DNA of 64,000 nucleotides from an uncultured Candidatus Rokubacteria bacterium (GTDB lineage Bacteria; Methylomirabilota; Methylomirabilia; Rokubacteriales; DASRDR01). Location: positions 1,824,001 to 1,888,000 of the forward strand of contig CAWGVS010000005.1 of NCBI GenBank assembly GCA_963826115.1, in the 5' to 3' direction. Shown piece after piece: positions 58,973 through 64,000 of the stretch; position 1 is the stretch's first letter; each line of letters begins with the position of its first letter. The notes below the pieces were generated by a model, which had not been told where the DNA came from, made no database searches, and saw nothing but the letters and a program-made list of their open reading frames with translations. The position numbers were made by a program, and so were the translations under genes.

Positions 58973-60150
58973 CAGCGGCGCGCCGCCCCGGCCGGGACCG
59001 CGCCGAGCGCGGCCTCGGTGGAGCGCCGCACCACGCCGTCGAGCGCGAGGCAGGCGTCGAGGTCGTCCGCGGCCGCGCCGGCATGGACGTCGAGCGCCTC
59101 CCCGATCAGACGCGGCACGTCCATGAAGCCGCACCGTCCCGCGAGGAACGCGGCGACCGCGACCTCGTTCGCCGCGTTCAGGACCAGCGGGGCCGCGCCG
59201 CCCGCACGCCCCGCCTGGCGGGCCAGCGCGAGGCACGGGAACGCCGTCTCGTCGGGCGCCTCGAACGTCAGGGTGGCGCGCTCGATCAGGTCCAGCGCGG
59301 GCGCGGGGCACGGGAGGCGATCGGGGTACGTGAGCGCATACAGGATCGGGATCCCCATGTCCGGCATGCCGAGCTGGGCGAGGACGGAGCGGTCGACGAA
59401 CTCCACCATCGAGTGGACGATCGACTGAGGGTGCACGACCACGTCGATCCGCTCGAACGAGACTCCGAAGAGCCAGTGGGCCTCCAGGACCTCGAGGCCC
59501 TTGTTCATGAGCGTCGCGGAGTCGATCGTGATCTTCGCGCCCATGCGCCACGTCGGGTGCCGGAGGGCCTGCTCGACCGTCACCCGCTCCAGGTCCGCGC
59601 GCGACCAGCCGCGGAACGGGCCGCCCGACGCGGTCAGCACGAGCCGCCGGACCTCGCGCGGCGCTGCCCCCGCGAGGCACTGGAACAGCGCGCTGTGCTC
59701 CGAGTCCACCGGGAGCACGCGCACGCCGTGCTCGCGCGCCGCGCGGGTCATCAGCGCGCCGGCCATCACGAGCGTCTCCTTGTTGGCGAGCGCGATCGTC
59801 CGGCCCGCGCGGATCGCGGCGAGCGTGGGCACGAGGCCCGCGGCGCCGACGAGCGCCGAGACGACGACGTCCGCCGGGACGTCGGACGCGACCGCCGCCA
59901 GGCCCTCGAGCCCGCTCAGGAGCTCGGGCCGGGGCGCGGGAAGCTCCCGTGCCAGGCGATCCACGGCCGCGCGGTCGAGCAGGGCGACCGCGGTCGGGTG
60001 ATACGCCTTGATCTGCTCCGCCACCAGCCCGACGTCAGAGCCGCGGGCGGCCAGCCCGCCGACGCGGAACTGGTCCGGGAACGCCGCGATCAGGTCGAGG
60101 GTGCGGCGGCCGATCGATCCGGTCGCCCCGAGCACCGTGACGGTCTTCAC
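58972..60150 (-). CDS. dxr: 1-deoxy-D-xylulose-5-phosphate reductoisomerase
   Basis: LGATGSIG, LANKE, PVDSEH, TASGGPF, DSATLMNKGLE. Confidence 0.98.
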   Translation of the reverse strand: MKTVTVLGATGSIGRRTLDLIAAFPDQFRVGGLAARGSDVGLVAEQIKAYHPTAVALLDRAAVDRLARELPAPRPELLSGLEGLAAVASDVPADVVVSALVGAAGLVPTLAAIRAGRTIALANKETLVMAGALMTRAAREHGVRVLPVDSEHSALFQCLAGAAPREVRRLVLTASGGPFRGWSRADLERVTVEQALRHPTWRMGAKITIDSATLMNKGLEVLEAHWLFGVSFERIDVVVHPQSIVHSMVEFVDRSVLAQLGMPDMGIPILYALTYPDRLPCPAPALDLIERATLTFEAPDETAFPCLALARQAGRAGGAAPLVLNAANEVAVAAFLAGRCGFMDVPRLIGEALDVHAGAAADDLDACLALDGVVRRSTEAALGAVPAGAARR

Positions 60151-60166
60151 GTGGGTAGTTGCGTCC

Positions 60167-60964
60167 TCAGCGTGGTCCGGTGAAGTAGAGCCAATAATAC
60201 AGGGCCGGGACGTTGAAGAGCAAGGAGTCGAGCCGGTCCAGGAGCCCGCCGTGGCCCGGAATCAGTCGCCCGGCGTCCTTGGCGCCCGCGCTCCGCTTCA
60301 GGAACGACTCGCTCAGGTCGCCGACCTGACCCACGACGCCCAGGAGGAGGCCGACGCCCACGGCCTCGGGAAGCGAGAGCCGGACGAGCGGCGCGCCGAC
60401 CACCGCCACCACGGCCGACACGACCACCTGCGCCGCGCCACCCTCGACGGTTTTGCCGGGCGACACCCGCGGCGCCAGCGGACGGCGGCCGAAACGGCGG
60501 CCCACGAAGTACGCGGCCGTTTCCCCGCACCACGTGATCCCGGCCACGAACAGGGTCAGCATCGCGCCGTCCGGCAGCGCGCGAAGCCAGATGGCGTGGC
60601 CGAGCAGCCAGGCGCAGTAGCAGACCCCGAGGAGCGTCAGCGTGAGCCCGGTCCACGCGCGCTCGGGCCCGACGTCGCGCCGGAGCCCGAGGGCAACGAC
60701 GACCACGACGGCCAGGGAGAGCGCGAGCGGGAGCAGTACCGGCCGGTTCGCGCCGAAGGCCAGCACGACCAGCGCGCCGAGGATCAGCCCGACGCCCGAG
60801 TCCGCCTCGACGCCGGCCGCCTGGAACATCCGGTACAGCTCGAGCTGCGCGCCCACGGCGAGCAGGAGCACGACGCCGGTGAAGAGCCAGGCCGGTCCCC
60901 AGAAGACGAGGGCGATGACGGCCGGGATGCCGACGAGGGCGCTCAGGAGCCGTTGCGCGAGCAC
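60167..60964 (-). CDS. cdsA: Phosphatidate cytidylyltransferase
   Basis: SPGKTVEG, GDLSESFLKR, KD...IPGHGGLLDRLDS. Confidence 0.96.
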   Translation of the reverse strand: MLAQRLLSALVGIPAVIALVFWGPAWLFTGVVLLLAVGAQLELYRMFQAAGVEADSGVGLILGALVVLAFGANRPVLLPLALSLAVVVVVALGLRRDVGPERAWTGLTLTLLGVCYCAWLLGHAIWLRALPDGAMLTLFVAGITWCGETAAYFVGRRFGRRPLAPRVSPGKTVEGGAAQVVVSAVVAVVGAPLVRLSLPEAVGVGLLLGVVGQVGDLSESFLKRSAGAKDAGRLIPGHGGLLDRLDSLLFNVPALYYWLYFTGPR

Positions 60965-60994
60965 GGGCTCCGCGGCTCGGCGGCCGACGGCCGC

Positions 60995-61771
60995 CTACAG
61001 GCCCCCGAACCGACGAGAGCGGCGCTGGTACTCGGCGACCGCGCCGTAGAGGTCCCGGGGGGCGAAGTCGGGCCAGAAGACCGGCAGGACGAGGATCTCC
61101 GTGTACGCCACCTGCCACAGCAGGAAATTGGAGAGTCGATACTCGCCGCTGGTCCGGATCAGGAGGTCGGGATCGGGCACACCCGCGGTGTCGAGCGCCC
61201 CGGCGAGGCTCGCCTCGTCGATCGCCTCCGGGGCAAGCGTCCCCTGCGCCACCCGGTCCGCCAGGGTCCGGACCGCGCGCATCAGCTCCCGGCGGCCGCC
61301 GTAGTTGAGCGCCATCAGGAGCGTGAGGCCCGTGTTGGCCTCGGTCGCGCGGACGGCGCGCTCGACGCTCCGGCGAACGCCCGGGTCGAGGGTGGCAAGC
61401 TCCCCCAGCGTGCGGAGCCGGACGTTGTTGTCGAGCAGGCCCGGCAGCTCGGCGTCCACCGAGCTCTCGAGCAGCCGCATGAGGAAGCTCACCTCGGCCG
61501 CGGGCCGGGTCCAGTTCTCGGAGGAGAATGCGTACAGGGTCAGGTACTCGATGCCAAGGCGACCCGCGGCGCGCACCGTGTCGCGGGCGGCCCGGACGCC
61601 CTCCCGGTGACCGGCGACGCGAGGCAGGCCCCGCTGCCCGGCCCACCGCCCGTTGCCGTCCATGATCACTGCGACGTGCCGCGGCAGCGGCTGTCGCCGG
61701 ACCGCCTCCAAGAGGGCGGCCTCGTCGGCGACCACCGCGCCGGCGGCCGGACCGGGCGAGTCGGCCGTCAA
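60995..61771 (-). CDS. uppS: Undecaprenyl diphosphate synthase
   Basis: HVAVIMDGNGRW, YAFSSENW, NYGGR, IRTSGEYRLSNFLLWQ. Confidence 0.97.
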   Translation of the reverse strand: MTADSPGPAAGAVVADEAALLEAVRRQPLPRHVAVIMDGNGRWAGQRGLPRVAGHREGVRAARDTVRAAGRLGIEYLTLYAFSSENWTRPAAEVSFLMRLLESSVDAELPGLLDNNVRLRTLGELATLDPGVRRSVERAVRATEANTGLTLLMALNYGGRRELMRAVRTLADRVAQGTLAPEAIDEASLAGALDTAGVPDPDLLIRTSGEYRLSNFLLWQVAYTEILVLPVFWPDFAPRDLYGAVAEYQRRSRRFGGL

Positions 61772-62331
61772 AACTCCAGGATCTCCTGCTCCTTCTTCTT
61801 CAGGAGCTCGTCGACCTTCTGCGTACACCGGTCGGTGAGCTTCTGGAGCTCCGTCTCGCTCCGCCGCTCGTCGTCCTCCGCGATCTTCTTGTCCTTGAGG
61901 AGAGCCTTGATCTTCTCCTTCGCTTCGCGGCGCACGTTGCGGATCGCCACGCGGGAGTCCTCGGCCATCTTCCCGACCGACTTCGCCAGCTGCTTCCGCC
62001 GCTCCTCGTTCAGCGATGGGATCGTCAGGCGGATCGCCTTACCGTCGTTCGCTGGCGTGAGCCCGAGGTCGGACTTCTGGATGGCCTGCTCGATCTTCTT
62101 CATCGCGCTCTGGTCCCAGGGCTGGATCATCAGCGTCCGAGCGTCGGGCACCGAGATGCTGGCCACCTGGTTGAGCGGGGTCATGGTGTCGTAGTAATCG
62201 ACCCGGACGTGCTCCAGCAGCGCGGCGTTGGCCCGGCCGGTCCGCACCCCGGCGAACTCGCGGCCGAGCGCATCGAGGGCTCCCTGCATCCGGGTCTCGG
62301 CATCCTTCTGGACCGCTTGCGCCGTGTTCAT
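61768..62331 (-). CDS. frr: Ribosome recycling factor
   Basis: RTGRAN, DLGLTPANDG, EERRKQL, RNVRR. Confidence 0.98.
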   Translation of the reverse strand: MNTAQAVQKDAETRMQGALDALGREFAGVRTGRANAALLEHVRVDYYDTMTPLNQVASISVPDARTLMIQPWDQSAMKKIEQAIQKSDLGLTPANDGKAIRLTIPSLNEERRKQLAKSVGKMAEDSRVAIRNVRREAKEKIKALLKDKKIAEDDERRSETELQKLTDRCTQKVDELLKKKEQEILEF

Positions 62332-62335
62332 CGCT

Positions 62336-63671
<1,336 letters not shown>

Positions 63672-63799
63672 GGTCCTCCGACTCCTTCTGTAACCCGTCC
63701 GAATGATCTGGCGGACGCCCGGTCCGGGTCGCTGACCCCGTTGCCGGCCGCCCGGCAAGTCCGGCGGCGTTCCCGCCGGACGGTCCGCCGCGACGCCTC

Positions 63800-64000
63800 T
63801 CAGACGCCGGTGGGCTGCTGCGCCTCGACGGCCTCCGCCTCTTCCGCGGCCGGCTCGTCCGCGTCGGCAACCGGCGCCTCGGCGTCCGCGCTGACCTTGG
63901 CAGACACCCCGCGTCCCTCGATGACCGCGTCGGCGATCCGCGACGTGATCAGCCGGATGGCCCGGATCGCGTCGTCGTTGCCGGGGATCGGATGGTCGAT
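63800..64000 (-). CDS. rpsB: 30S ribosomal protein S2, 3' end (truncated by window edge)
   Basis: [18 protein letters not shown] then an acidic tail; stop at 63800-63802; precedes tsf. Confidence 0.95.
   Translation of the reverse strand: MDHPIPGNDDAIRAIRLITSRIADAVIEGRGVSAKVSADAEAPVADADEPAAEEAEAVEAQQPTGV

Overview
Very GC-rich bacterial chromosomal window. Gene content and the giant multi-GAF kinase suggest Ca. Rokubacteria/Methylomirabilota or a similar soil lineage; this is inference, not tested. About 35.6-64 kb is a conserved minus-strand housekeeping run: rpsB'-tsf-pyrH-frr-uppS-cdsA-dxr-rseP-fdx-proS-rimP-nusA-ylxR-infB-DUF503-rbfA-nrnA-truB-ribF-rpsO-pnp-M16 peptidase-purB-purS-purQ-purL-purF-purM. 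A roughly 9.6 kb plus-strand signalling cassette splits purM from purN: an 11-GAF hybrid histidine kinase plus a REC-cyclase with atypical catalytic residues. Next come purN-purH-MerR/TPR-purD-tsaC, a polyamine-type ABC transporter with a class-III aminotransferase, a mobA-hypothetical-small ORF-thiI operon, an EamA transporter and purE-purK. The first 7 kb hold a B12-dependent 2-hydroxyisobutyryl-CoA mutase system (hcmB, hcl, hcmA). The most notable signals not shown by the ORF track are: (1) a DsrE-family gene directly behind hcmA that reads through an in-frame TGA in a U-x-x-C motif followed by a SECIS-like hairpin, i.e. a probable selenoprotein; (2) a 44-aa basic ORF with an ArfA-like YxRxxKH motif; (3) a secreted protein with three IGDPN motifs at exact 19-residue spacing, behind a structured RBS-occluding leader. 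Three single-base indels and one in-frame TAG may be assembly errors. No rRNA, tRNA, CRISPR array or transposase was seen.
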